The notes beneath the pieces are model-generated. The model had not been told where the DNA came from and did no database searches. It saw only the letters and a program-made list of their open reading frames with translations. A stretch of DNA of 64,000 nt from assembly GCA_965215165.1 (NCBI GenBank), contig CBDCCX010000006.1, forward strand, positions 174,831-238,830. Reading direction: 5' to 3'. Positions 34,954 through 47,290 of this stretch are shown piece by piece. Position numbers and translations under genes: made by a program. Within the stretch, counting starts at the first letter, position 1. Each line of letters begins with the position of its first letter. Source of the stretch: Rhodothermales bacterium (lineage in GTDB: Bacteria > Bacteroidota > Rhodothermia > Rhodothermales > JANQRZ01).

Positions 34954-35022
34954 TCACGTTCCCTGGTAGAGTTCGCCGCTCCCCGCGCCGAGCCGCTCGG
35001 CCTTCTGCCTCATGCCGCTCGC
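34954..35022 (-). pseudogene. thiC 3'-end remnant R2
   Basis: Translates MRQKAERLGAGSGELYQGT*, versus resident Thi[20 protein letters not shown]. Confidence 0.6.
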
Positions 35023-35051
35023 AGTCCATGATCACAAATCCGAACAGCTTC

Positions 35052-35558
35052 TCACGAGGTCACGGTCTTCGGGAACGAAGGCGCGAACCCAGAGCCGGGG
35101 CGCTCTCCCGAAGCGTCGTAGAACGAGAGACCGCCTTCCACGTCGCAGAGCCACACCTCGCGCGCGCCACCGGCGAGGTAGAGTCGGATCTTCTCCTCCA
35201 TCGCCCGCTTCGGGTTGGACCGAGAGAGAACCTCGATGACCAGCTCGGGCATCACGGGACTAGCCTCGGCGTCATCTAGGATCTGCACGGCCCGCTCGTC
35301 GGAGATCCAGACCACGTCCGGCACCTTCACCCCCTCCGGCGTCTCGACCGCGAACTCTACAGTGGGTTCGCCCTCGCCCCGGACGTGCTCGAGGAGCAGC
35401 CGGATGAGGCGGCTCTGGTGAAAGCTGTGGCGCGGCTTGTGCGGACTCAAGATGATCTGGTCGGGTTCGGCGGTCTCGACCTTGAAGGGTAGATCGCATA
35501 GCTGGGGGTCCGTGAGCACACGGTGCCACAGGGAAGTCGTTGTAGTCGGAGCAGGCAT
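35052..35558 (-). CDS. Uma2 (DUF820) family putative endonuclease
   Basis: 168 aa. PDVVWISDER...VMPELVIEVLSRSNPKRAMEEKIRLYLAGGAREVWLCD is the PD-(D/E)xK Uma2 pattern. Confidence 0.75.
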   Translation of the reverse strand: MPAPTTTTSLWHRVLTDPQLCDLPFKVETAEPDQIILSPHKPRHSFHQSRLIRLLLEHVRGEGEPTVEFAVETPEGVKVPDVVWISDERAVQILDDAEASPVMPELVIEVLSRSNPKRAMEEKIRLYLAGGAREVWLCDVEGGLSFYDASGERPGSGFAPSFPKTVTS

Positions 35559-35599
35559 GGGGGCCAGGCACAGTCAGCGGGACGTGTAGCCCGTGAACG

Positions 35600-35800
35600 T
35601 TAGATCTCCTGGTACAGTTCGCCGCCGCCGTTGCGGAACTGCTCGGCCTTCGCCCGCATCCCCTCGGGAATCGCTGCCTCGACAGCCACGCCGTGCTGTT
35701 GGGCGTAGTCGCGCACCCCAGTGATCTTTATCGAGCAGAACGTCGACCCGTACAGCGAGCAGCCCGGCTACCTTCACGCTGTCCTTCGGAAGCGTCTACT
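35600..35800 (-). pseudogene. thiC 3'-end remnant R1 (about 200 bp)
   Basis: Translates [53 protein letters not shown], versus resident [54 protein letters not shown]. It has a one-codon deletion and, at its upstream edge, a 1-nt deletion. Confidence 0.8.
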
Positions 35801-35843
35801 CCTGAGCGTGTTGCAGCACATGGTCGTAGAGAGCTTGGCCGAT

Positions 35844-36281
35844 CTAGAATCCCGCGTCCCGCCGCAGCGCGTCCATCAGCGGCCTGACGGCGGGAATCAG
35901 CGAACGCTCCTTCGCCTTCGCCAGCGCGCCGAGCAAACCTGTGTGGCGGAGGCCGAGTGAGGCGGCCAGCCGTCGCGCCGCCCGCTCGTCGAGCAGAATC
36001 CAATCGGCCTCCAGCTCCAGCGCGAGGGCCAGCGCTTCGGCTTCGCCCGCGTGAACGTCAGCCTCGAACGCGCGGACCAAGCGAGTCGACTGCACAGACC
36101 GCGTCTCGATCCAATCCGCCGTCTCCACGTCGGCGGCTCCGGGCCGCTTGGCTCCTCCGACTACGATTTCCCGATACACCGTCTCGGGAATCGTGAGGGA
36201 GCCGAACAGATCACGCAGCAGATGCAGGTGGCCGATAGCCGCGAGATTGACGATGGGCGACGTGTCGCTGACGACCGTCAC
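35844..36281 (-). CDS. PIN-like (DUF3368 family) toxin, possibly C-terminally truncated by an in-frame TAG
   Basis: MTVVSDTSPIVNLAAIGHLHLL...EAEALALALELEADWILLDERAAR is the DUF3368/PIN pattern. It sits 2 nt after the UPF0175 gene. Past the TAG the frame continues as IGQALYDHVLQHAQE*. Confidence 0.7.
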   Translation of the reverse strand: MTVVSDTSPIVNLAAIGHLHLLRDLFGSLTIPETVYREIVVGGAKRPGAADVETADWIETRSVQSTRLVRAFEADVHAGEAEALALALELEADWILLDERAARRLAASLGLRHTGLLGALAKAKERSLIPAVRPLMDALRRDAGF

Positions 36282-36283
36282 GC

Positions 36284-36514
36284 CTAGAGCGATTGCAGCG
36301 CGTCGAGGTCCGCGTCGAAGTCCTCAGCGTCGTAGTGGACCGGACTCTCCCGGCTTGCGAGCAGGTGCTGAAACGCGAAGCGGTCTAGCTGCGCGACCTC
36401 GGCTGCCTTCATCAGCGACAGGCCTTTCCGGAAGAGCATGACGGCGGTCTCCTGGCGAAACTCGCTCTCGGAGATGCGCGCGGCGCGTAGCGTGTCCTCG
36501 GTGATGGCAACCAT
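36284..36514 (-). CDS. UPF0175 family antitoxin
   Basis: 76 aa from ATG 36514. AVMLFRKGLSLMKAAEVAQLDRFAFQHLLASRESPVHY matches the UPF0175 HTH pattern that pairs with DUF3368. Confidence 0.7.
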   Translation of the reverse strand: MVAITEDTLRAARISESEFRQETAVMLFRKGLSLMKAAEVAQLDRFAFQHLLASRESPVHYDAEDFDADLDALQSL

Positions 36515-36573
36515 GGCGATTTCGACTGAATGGAAACATTCTTCACCGTCCCAGCCCGAAACGGTTCCGGGGG

Positions 36574-38660
<2,087 letters not shown>

Positions 38661-38696
38661 GTTTAAGATACGGCGGGCCGCGTGCGCGTCAACACC

Positions 38697-39479
38697 CTAC
38701 ACCTCACGGCGCGTGCCCGCCTTCGCCGTTTCGTGGTGGACCGGGTAGAACCGAGCGACGCGCTCGGGGGCGACGCCGACGCACCACGCCCCCCACAGCG
38801 CCCAGTTGCGGAGCTGCTGCCGCAGCGCGCCGACGGCCTCGAACCGCCGCGCACTCGTCACGACGGCCTCGGTCAGAAACGCGAACCGCCCTTGTTGCCG
38901 CAGCGACTGCACGATGTCGAGGTCCTCGAAGATGGGCTGATCTGGGAAGCCGCCGGCGGCCTCGAAGGCTGAGCGCCGGACGAAGAGGGCGCGGTCGCCA
39001 AAAGCCCAGCGGTGCCAGTGCATCCAGACTGGGCGCGTCCAGAGCCGGAGCCAGAACCCGTCGCGGTCGAAGCGCAGTCGGAAGCAGCCGGCGACAGCCC
39101 CATCAGAGGTGAGGACCTCGCGGACGCGGTCGAGCGCGCTGTCGGGCAGGACGGTGTCGGCGTGAAGGAACAAGAGCGCGTCGCCTGTCGCGGCCTCGGC
39201 CCCGGCGTTCATCTGCCGCGCGCGGCCGCGCGGGGCGCATACGACCGTCACCCCCGCCTCGGCCGCGATCTCGCGCGTGGCGTCGCCCGAGCCGCCGTCG
39301 GCGACGATGACCTCCTTCGGACCCGGTTGCCTGAGCGCGCTCTCCAGCGCCGCCGGCAGCGCGTCTTCCTCGTCTAGCGCCGGGACGATGACGGAAACGA
39401 CGAGCGCCGAGTGACGAGCGACGGGTGATTCGCCGCCCCCGCTCGTCGCTCGTGCCTCGTCGCTCGTAGCTCGCCTCAC
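38697..39479 (-). CDS. Family 2 glycosyltransferase (TIGR04283-like)
   Basis: VSVIVPALDEEDALPAAL...VIVADGGSGDATREIA...ALLFLHADT. The only in-frame start is GTG 39479, which overlaps the upstream TGA (GTGA). Confidence 0.7.
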   Translation of the reverse strand: MRRATSDEARATSGGGESPVARHSALVVSVIVPALDEEDALPAALESALRQPGPKEVIVADGGSGDATREIAAEAGVTVVCAPRGRARQMNAGAEAATGDALLFLHADTVLPDSALDRVREVLTSDGAVAGCFRLRFDRDGFWLRLWTRPVWMHWHRWAFGDRALFVRRSAFEAAGGFPDQPIFEDLDIVQSLRQQGRFAFLTEAVVTSARRFEAVGALRQQLRNWALWGAWCVGVAPERVARFYPVHHETAKAGTRREV

Positions 39480-40366
39480 CAGTACATCAGCTTCATGCAG
39501 AAGACCGAGCCGCCGGACTTCAGAAACTCGCCGGTGTCGACCTCGATCACCTGGTAGCCGGACTCTTGGAGCGCCGCGTTGGTCTGGGTGCAGCCGCGCT
39601 GGATGATCACGTGCTCGCCGTCGGGCGAGTGGGCGTTGCAGGCGAAGAGGCCGCGCGCCTCGTCCTCCGGGGCTTCGATGACGCGCTCGAAGTAGTAGTG
39701 GAGCAGGCCCAGGCCGTCGTCGTCGAACGCACCGGGGTAGATCAGCGCCGTGTGCTCGTCGAGCGGGCAGAGGCAGGTGTCGAGGTGGTAGAAGTCCGGG
39801 TCGGTGAGGCTGAGCGCAGCGATGGGGAAGCCGAGGGCGCTGGAGAGGCGCTGGTAGATTTCGGGATCGGTGCGGTAGCCGTGCCCGCCCCACAGGAGGT
39901 AGCGGCCGGGGTGCCAGAGCGCGTCGCCCATGCCCTCAAAGTCGCCTCCGAGGTCGGCGTCGAGGTGATGGACCTCGTAGTCCTGGCCGCCGAAGAAGCG
40001 GGCATAGTGCTCGACCTCGGGCTTGCGCTGGGGCGCGTGCATCCGGCTGAGCACGACGCCGCGCGCGCCGCCGGGGGTCTGGTACGGGAGCGTCTGGTTC
40101 GCGCAGAACACCATGTCCGGCAGGCCCTCCGCCCCCTCGGCGGTGGCGACCTCGACGCCGAGGCCGTCGTAGGCGTCGCGCAGCGCCTCCCACTGCTGCC
40201 GCGCCGCGCCGGCATCGACGGTGCCGATGTTGCCCGCCATGTGGGGGTTGATGACGTAGGCGACCCGGAAGTGCGCCGGGGTCGTCATCAGGACGCGGTT
40301 CGGGCGCGGAATCTCGGGGAGGGCGTCGAGCGGGGGGAGGCCGTCGCCGGCGTGCGTGTAGACCAT
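39476..40366 (-). CDS. Amidinotransferase-superfamily protein (dimethylarginine dimethylaminohydrolase / arginine-deiminase-like)
   Basis: Start taken at ATG 40366. VLMTTPAHFRVAYVINPHM, PDMVFCANQ, and the C-terminal GGSVFCMKLMYW with the catalytic-Cys context of the guanidino-modifying fold. Confidence 0.6.
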   Translation of the reverse strand: MVYTHAGDGLPPLDALPEIPRPNRVLMTTPAHFRVAYVINPHMAGNIGTVDAGAARQQWEALRDAYDGLGVEVATAEGAEGLPDMVFCANQTLPYQTPGGARGVVLSRMHAPQRKPEVEHYARFFGGQDYEVHHLDADLGGDFEGMGDALWHPGRYLLWGGHGYRTDPEIYQRLSSALGFPIAALSLTDPDFYHLDTCLCPLDEHTALIYPGAFDDDGLGLLHYYFERVIEAPEDEARGLFACNAHSPDGEHVIIQRGCTQTNAALQESGYQVIEVDTGEFLKSGGSVFCMKLMYW

Positions 40367-40484
40367 GAGCGTGCGTTGGTGAGCGGCGCAGAATCTACGC
40401 ACGGCCGCGACGCCGCCGCTCCCTTCGACGAAAAACCCCCGCCGGCCAGAGCTGACGGGGGCGGGTCTCAAACCAGCGGCGCGG

Positions 40485-41453
40485 TCAGGCGTCGCCCTGG
40501 GCGCGCATCGCCCGCAGCGCCGCCTCGTTCAGAAAGGTCTCGACCTCGACCCCACCGCGCGTCTCGCGCACCTTCACCCGGTCGAGCGCGTCCAGCACCG
40601 CGGGGTGCGACTTAGCGGACATCTTGATGGTCGCCACCGTGCCGCGCACCAGGTCGGCCATGTCGCCGGAGGCGGTTCCGGCGCGCGGCGTGCCGACGGC
40701 CCGGACCCCGAGGCCGTCGCTCTCGAACCCGACCGACATCACGAGGTCGCGCATCATCCGGCCGGCCTGCCCGAAGGGATCGTCGCCGCCGTCTGCGCCG
40801 TGCTGCTCGATGTTCCGCATGGCGACCCACAGGTCGTCGGGGAACCCGGCCTGCCCGATGAGCGCCATCATCTCGGCGTCGCCGCTGAGGCCGGCGGTGC
40901 CGGCAGCGATCCGGTCGAGCATCTCGCGGACGCCGGGCGCGGACGACGCCACGATCATGTCGTCGTTGACGAGCGCGAAGGACATCTCCTCGCCGTCGCC
41001 CTTCGCCGTGTAGATGGGCACGTCGGCGTAGGTCGAGCGGGCCAGGTCGAGGTCGGGCTGCTCGTCGATGTACGCGTCAAGGCGGACGCGGTCGTAGTCC
41101 GCATAGACGACGAAGTACGGGACGCCTTCCTTCCCGTTCTGCCCGGCGAAGCCGAAGTAGACGCGGTGCAGGTCCTCGTCCGGGTCGAACCCCGTGGCCG
41201 CGATGAGGTCCTCGAAGCGCGCGCCGTGCTCCCCCGTGACGCGGTCGAACGAAAGCTCGGTGCCGCCGGCGAGCTCAAAGGCTTCGGAGTCGCGGGCCTC
41301 GTCGAGGTTGATCATGCCCGCCGTCTGGACCGTGGCCGGCAGCACGTCGAGCGCGTCGCGGGTCTGGAGCGTGAGCTCGCCGGGGGACTGCACGTTCTCG
41401 CAGCCGACGGCGAGCAGAACGAGAACGGGGAGGCACAGAAGGAAGCGTCGCAT
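40485..41453 (-). CDS. Hypothetical lipoprotein
   Basis: MRRFLLCLPVLVLLAVGC is a lipobox signal. 322 aa. Last gene of the ABC ATPase-permease cluster. Confidence 0.55.
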   Translation of the reverse strand: MRRFLLCLPVLVLLAVGCENVQSPGELTLQTRDALDVLPATVQTAGMINLDEARDSEAFELAGGTELSFDRVTGEHGARFEDLIAATGFDPDEDLHRVYFGFAGQNGKEGVPYFVVYADYDRVRLDAYIDEQPDLDLARSTYADVPIYTAKGDGEEMSFALVNDDMIVASSAPGVREMLDRIAAGTAGLSGDAEMMALIGQAGFPDDLWVAMRNIEQHGADGGDDPFGQAGRMMRDLVMSVGFESDGLGVRAVGTPRAGTASGDMADLVRGTVATIKMSAKSHPAVLDALDRVKVRETRGGVEVETFLNEAALRAMRAQGDA

Positions 41454-41613
41454 CGGTAGAGGTCAGAGTCGGGAGAGGGCCGTGCGAGGCTTGTTCGTGG
41501 CGCGCGGGGGAAAGTTGCGGCGAGGGGGAGAAAGGGAATGGAGGGAATGGAATAAAACCGGCAAAGGTAACCCTCATTGGCGTGCGTTCGGCGGCACAAC
41601 CCACAACCCACCA

Positions 41614-42504
41614 TCAGAAATCCTTCCGTTGGAAGAGCGCGAACGCGCCGGCGTAGCAGGCCGCGCCGAAGAGCAGGGACGAGGCCAGAGGGCCCCACGA
41701 CCCGACCGGCTCGCCGCCGGTGAGCTGCCACGTCATGACCGTTCCGCCGGGAAACTTCGGGAAGACGTGGTAGAGCGCGACGTAGACCTGCCGCCACGGC
41801 TTCGCGATCTGAGTCGTCGCCTCCGGGCTGACCCCGGCTGTCATCAGCACCAGCGACGCCACGATCACCCCGAGCGCCACGATCAGCGCGAGCGCGTTGC
41901 TCTCGGTCCACACGCTCACGAGCGTCACGACCCCGTAGAGCACCGCGAAGAAGGCCAGCACCACCCCGACCCCGAGCAGAAACCCGCCGTTCCAGATGCC
42001 GCTCTTGAGCGACATCACGAGCCACACCGCCCCGAGCACGTACACCACCAGCGCCGACACCACCACGAGCACGCCGAGCAGCCGGCCCCCGAGCAGGGTC
42101 GAGCGCGCGACCGGCTTCGAGAGCAGCAGGTCCACCTGCCCGCGCTCCATCAGGCTCGTCACGAGCGAGCCGGTGGCGAACAGCCCGAGCAGCAGCACCA
42201 CCCAGAACGTGATCCCCGCGACCACCTGCTCGACCGTCACCACGATCTCCTCGAGCGGGTTCTCCCCGAACGGCTGTACGGTCTGCGTCTCGACGGCCCC
42301 GGTCTCTTCGTCCTCCACCTGCACCTCGTGCTCCAGCGCCGTCTCCTGCCCGAAAATCTTCATCCCCGCCAGCGCGCCGTCTACGATGTCGAGGTTGAGC
42401 GCGAAGGTCAGCATCACCCACACGAACGTCGCCACGCCGAAGAGGCCGACGATGATGAACTTGGACCGCAGCTCGCGGAGGGTCAGCAGGAGAATGCCGA
42501 GCAT
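41614..42504 (-). CDS. ABC-2 type transporter permease
   Basis: 296 aa and polytopic. Directly downstream of the ABC ATPase. Confidence 0.65.
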   Translation of the reverse strand: MLGILLLTLRELRSKFIIVGLFGVATFVWVMLTFALNLDIVDGALAGMKIFGQETALEHEVQVEDEETGAVETQTVQPFGENPLEEIVVTVEQVVAGITFWVVLLLGLFATGSLVTSLMERGQVDLLLSKPVARSTLLGGRLLGVLVVVSALVVYVLGAVWLVMSLKSGIWNGGFLLGVGVVLAFFAVLYGVVTLVSVWTESNALALIVALGVIVASLVLMTAGVSPEATTQIAKPWRQVYVALYHVFPKFPGGTVMTWQLTGGEPVGSWGPLASSLLFGAACYAGAFALFQRKDF

Positions 42505-42566
42505 GGGGAGGGGGGGTGAGACGAGACGGCAGACAGCAGGACGGCCGGGTGAACGGCCGTTGGCCT

Positions 42567-43529
42567 CTACGTTTCTGATTCCTGCGGGTCGCCGGTCGGG
42601 GTGACGACCTCGACGAAGAAGTCCTCGAGGCTCTGCCGGAGCGGCTGCACCGACTCGATCTCGACCCCGTCGGCGCGGAGCGCGTCGAGCGCGGCGTTGA
42701 GGTCGGCACGGTCCTCGACGGCGAGGCGGTAGCGGATCAGCGGCGTGTCGGGACCGCCGACTGTCTTGGAGGCGTCGTGCTCAACGGCCCGGAAGTCGCC
42801 GCGCACCCCGGCCGGGAGCGCGGTGCAGCGCAGCTCGTAGACCCGGTCCTGCGCCGTCAGCTCCTCGACCGTGCCATGGCGCGCGAGCTCGCCGTTCTTC
42901 AGAATGGCGACGCGCGTGCAGACCTGCTCGACCTCGCTCAGGAGGTGCGAGTTGAGGAAGATGGTCGTGCCCTCGCCGCTGATCTCGAGGAGCAGGTCGC
43001 GGATCTCGCGGCGGCCGACGGGGTCGACGCCGTCCGTCGGCTCGTCAAGGAAGAGGAGGTCCGGCGTGTTCATCAGCGCCTGCGCCAGGCCGAGGCGCTG
43101 CATCATGCCCTTCGAGAAGGTGCGGACCTTGGTGTCGGCGCGCTCGGCGAGGCGAACGCGGGCCAGGAGCTCGGGCACGCGGCGGGCCCGCTCGGCCGGT
43201 CCGACGCCGGCGACGCGGGCGTAGTGGTCGAGCGTCTGCGCCGCCGTGAGGTAGGGCGGGAAGCGGTGGCTCTCGGGCAGGAAGCCGACCGCCCGCCGCG
43301 CCTCGGCCTCGCCGATGTCGCGGCCGAGGAGCCGCCCCTCGCCGCCGCTCGGCCGGACGATCCCGAGCAGCAGCTTGACGAGCGTCGTCTTGCCTGCGCC
43401 GTTCGGCCCGAGCAGCCCGAAGATTTCGCCCTGCGCCACCGTCAGGTCGAGCGGCTTGAGCGCCTCGACGCGCGCGCCGAAGAGGCTGGTATACGTCTTG
43501 TGCAGGCCGAGGGTCGAGAGGGCAGGCAT
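42567..43529 (-). CDS. ABC transporter ATP-binding protein
   Basis: Walker A GPNGAGKTT, signature FSKGMMQRLGLAQAL, Walker B LLFLDEPTDGVD. Confidence 0.85.
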   Translation of the reverse strand: MPALSTLGLHKTYTSLFGARVEALKPLDLTVAQGEIFGLLGPNGAGKTTLVKLLLGIVRPSGGEGRLLGRDIGEAEARRAVGFLPESHRFPPYLTAAQTLDHYARVAGVGPAERARRVPELLARVRLAERADTKVRTFSKGMMQRLGLAQALMNTPDLLFLDEPTDGVDPVGRREIRDLLLEISGEGTTIFLNSHLLSEVEQVCTRVAILKNGELARHGTVEELTAQDRVYELRCTALPAGVRGDFRAVEHDASKTVGGPDTPLIRYRLAVEDRADLNAALDALRADGVEIESVQPLRQSLEDFFVEVVTPTGDPQESET

Positions 43530-43632
43530 CGGTCGGTGGGACGGTGAGACGGAGGTGGGGGCGAATGGCCGTCCGCCCGAGGGCTGGCACCGCGCCTCGC
43601 TGATCGCACCAGACGAATGAACCGTGTCGAGG

Positions 43633-44586
43633 TTACACCGGTGCGGGGCTGTCCGCCGGGGGCACGGGCTTGGTCGAGCGGGCGGGCACCTCGGTCTCCT
43701 GCCGCATGTAGACCGTCCGGCGCGGGAACGGGATCTCGATGCCGCGCTCGTCGAAGCGCCGCTTGATCGCGGCCCGGAGGTCGCGCTCGGCCGGGAACTG
43801 CTCGCCGGGGATCACCTGCACGATGATGCGCGCCGTCACCGACGACTCGCCGAGGTCGGTCACGGCCTGCACCGTCGGGGCCTCCTCCAGCATCACCTCT
43901 TTGTTCTCCGGGATGGCCGCCCACTCGGCGGCGATCTCGCGCAGCGCCTCTAGGATGTCGTCTAGGTCCTGCTCGTAGGACACCCCGACCGGCACCACGA
44001 CGCGGGCGAAGCCGACGCTCTTGTTGCCGAACGTCCGCAGCTCGCCGGCCGGGATCATCACCAGCTCGCCGTCGAACTTGCGGACCTTGATGAGCCGCAG
44101 GCTGATCCCCTCGACCGTCCCGGTGGTCGAGCCGAAGGTCACCAGGTCGCCGACGTGGATGATGTCGTCGAAGAGCAGGAAGATGCCCGAGATGACGTCC
44201 TTGACGAGCGTCTGCGCGCCGAAGCCGATAGCGAGGCCCGCGATGCCGGCCCCGGCCAGGAGGGGACCGATGTCGAGCCCGATCTCAGCCAGGATCGTGA
44301 TGAGTGCCATCGTCCAGACGACGTAGCGCGTCGCCGACATCAGCAGGTTCGAGACGGTGAACGCCCGCTGCCGGCGCGGGTCGATGGCCGGCAGGTCCTC
44401 GGTCTCCTCGCGCCAGCGCAGCATCAGCCGCCGCACCAGCCCGATCACGAAGAACGCGAGGGCGAAGACGACGACGACGTGCAGCACCGTCGTCCCGAGG
44501 CCGAGCCAGAAGTCCCACCCGGCCAAGTCGGCGAGGGAGAGGTCGGCGTCCGCGTCGGTGATGACGGCAGTGGTGTCAGCTTGCAT
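43633..44586 (-). CDS. Small-conductance mechanosensitive channel (MscS family)
   Basis: LAGAGIAGLAIGFGAQTLVKDVISGIFLLFDDIIHVGDLV is the MscS TM3/beta-domain signature. Confidence 0.8.
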   Translation of the reverse strand: MQADTTAVITDADADLSLADLAGWDFWLGLGTTVLHVVVVFALAFFVIGLVRRLMLRWREETEDLPAIDPRRQRAFTVSNLLMSATRYVVWTMALITILAEIGLDIGPLLAGAGIAGLAIGFGAQTLVKDVISGIFLLFDDIIHVGDLVTFGSTTGTVEGISLRLIKVRKFDGELVMIPAGELRTFGNKSVGFARVVVPVGVSYEQDLDDILEALREIAAEWAAIPENKEVMLEEAPTVQAVTDLGESSVTARIIVQVIPGEQFPAERDLRAAIKRRFDERGIEIPFPRRTVYMRQETEVPARSTKPVPPADSPAPV

Positions 44587-44765
44587 AAGGATCAGGGTGG
44601 AGGGCTTGGTCTAGCTCGGGGCTGGGAAACGAGTACGCAGCTTGAGGATGCTTGCCTTTCCCTTCTGCAAGTCATTCCCGCCTCTCCTCGAGAAGATATC
44701 CAGCTCGCTTCGAGGTCAAGTCAGGGCACACCATAGCCACGAGTCGACCTCGAGCCTCACGCTAC

Positions 44766-45962
44766 TCACTTGTCCGTCAGCGCCGCGATGCCGGGCAGCT
44801 CGTCGCCCTCGATGAACTCGAGCATCGCGCCGCCGCCGGTGGAGACGTGCGAGACGGCGTCGGCGTAGCCGGCCTGCGTGACGGCCGCCACCGAGTCGCC
44901 GCCGCCGACGACCGAGAGGGCGTTCTTCTCGCGCGTCGCCTCGACCGTCGCCTCGGCGACGGCGAGCGTGCCGGCGGCGAAGTTCGGCATCTCGAAGACG
45001 CCCATCGGCCCATTCCAGAGGATCGTCTGCGCGCTCTTCAGGATGCTCCGGTACTGGGCGCGCGTGTTCGGCCCGATGTCGAGCGCCAGACCTTCGGTGA
45101 TCTCGCCGCTCACGATGCGCCGCCGGGCGTCGTTGTCGAAGGCGTCGGCGACGACGTGGTCCGAGGGCAGCACGATCCGGTCGCGCGCGCCGTCGTAGAG
45201 GTCGAAGGCCTCGTCGATCCGGTCGTCCTCGACCTTCGAGTCGCCGACGTTGTGGCCGAGGCTCTTGAGGAACGTGTAGCTCATCGCCCCGCCGACGAGC
45301 AGGCGGTCCACCTTCCCGAGGAGCGCGCGGATGACGCCGATCTTGTCCGACACCTTGGCCCCGCCGAGGACCGCCACGAACGGACGCTCCGGCTCGCCGA
45401 GCGCCGCGCCGAGCACCTCGGCCTCGCGCCGAAGCAGGAGGCCCATCGCCGAGCGGGCGACGAACTCGGTCACGCCGACCGTCGAGGCGTGCGCTCGGTG
45501 CGCCGCGCCGAAGGCGTCGTTGACGTAGACCTCGCCGAGCGCGGCGAGCTGCCGGGCGAAGCCGGGGTCGTTGCTCGTCTCGCCGGGGTGGAAGCGCGTG
45601 TTCTCGAGCAGGACCACCGAGCCGGCCGGAGCCTCGGCGATTACCCGCTCCGCTTCGTCGCCGACGGTCGCTGGGGAAAACGCTACGGGCGCGTCGATCA
45701 GCCCATTGAGGTGCTCGGCGACGGGCGCGAGCGAGAAGGCCGGATCGGGCGTGCCCTTCGGGCGGCCGAGGTGGCTCATCAGGACCGCCGTGCCGCCGGC
45801 CTCGGTGAGGGCGCGGAGGGTCGGGAGCGCGGCGCGGATGCGCGTGTCGTCGGCGATGGTCCGGCTCCCGTCGGGAGCCGCGTCGAGCGGGACGTTGAAG
45901 TCCACGCGGACGAGCACGCGGCGGCCCGCCAGGTCGAGGTCGTCGAGCGTCAGCTTGGGCAT
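44766..45962 (-). CDS. pgk: Phosphoglycerate kinase
   Basis: Start taken at ATG 45962. MPKLTLDDLDLAGRRVLVRVDFNVPLD, HLGRPKG, and GGGDSVAAV. Confidence 0.95.
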   Translation of the reverse strand: MPKLTLDDLDLAGRRVLVRVDFNVPLDAAPDGSRTIADDTRIRAALPTLRALTEAGGTAVLMSHLGRPKGTPDPAFSLAPVAEHLNGLIDAPVAFSPATVGDEAERVIAEAPAGSVVLLENTRFHPGETSNDPGFARQLAALGEVYVNDAFGAAHRAHASTVGVTEFVARSAMGLLLRREAEVLGAALGEPERPFVAVLGGAKVSDKIGVIRALLGKVDRLLVGGAMSYTFLKSLGHNVGDSKVEDDRIDEAFDLYDGARDRIVLPSDHVVADAFDNDARRRIVSGEITEGLALDIGPNTRAQYRSILKSAQTILWNGPMGVFEMPNFAAGTLAVAEATVEATREKNALSVVGGGDSVAAVTQAGYADAVSHVSTGGGAMLEFIEGDELPGIAALTDK

Positions 45963-46036
45963 GGCGAGGGGAAAGGGGGAGGGGGCACACCGCCGGCGTG
46001 CCCCCACGGTCCGAAAAGGCGGGGCGTTGATGCGTG

Positions 46037-47197
<1,161 letters not shown>

Positions 47198-47290
47198 CTA
47201 TCTTTGCGCCCCGCTCACGCCCGGCCCTCGGCTTGGGCGTTTTCTCTCTGACCCGCTCGCGGCGCGCCCGCGCACCAGAACGCCCTCGCT

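Noticed and set aside
34886-35035. ORF-track start (ATG 35035) for the alpha/beta hydrolase
   Set aside because: The extra 50 codons read across thiC remnant R2 in a different frame and are Arg-rich. GTG 34885 gives a signal-peptide-like N-terminus.
33316-36573. Search for an integrase, recombinase, transposase or attC-like conserved junction within the thiC-proximal stack
   Set aside because: No ORF of suitable size or motif exists in any frame. The three spacers after the thiC-type stops (about 41-69 nt) share no obvious conserved sequence. The mobilisation mechanism is therefore left open rather than calling the region an integron or a genomic island with an integrase.
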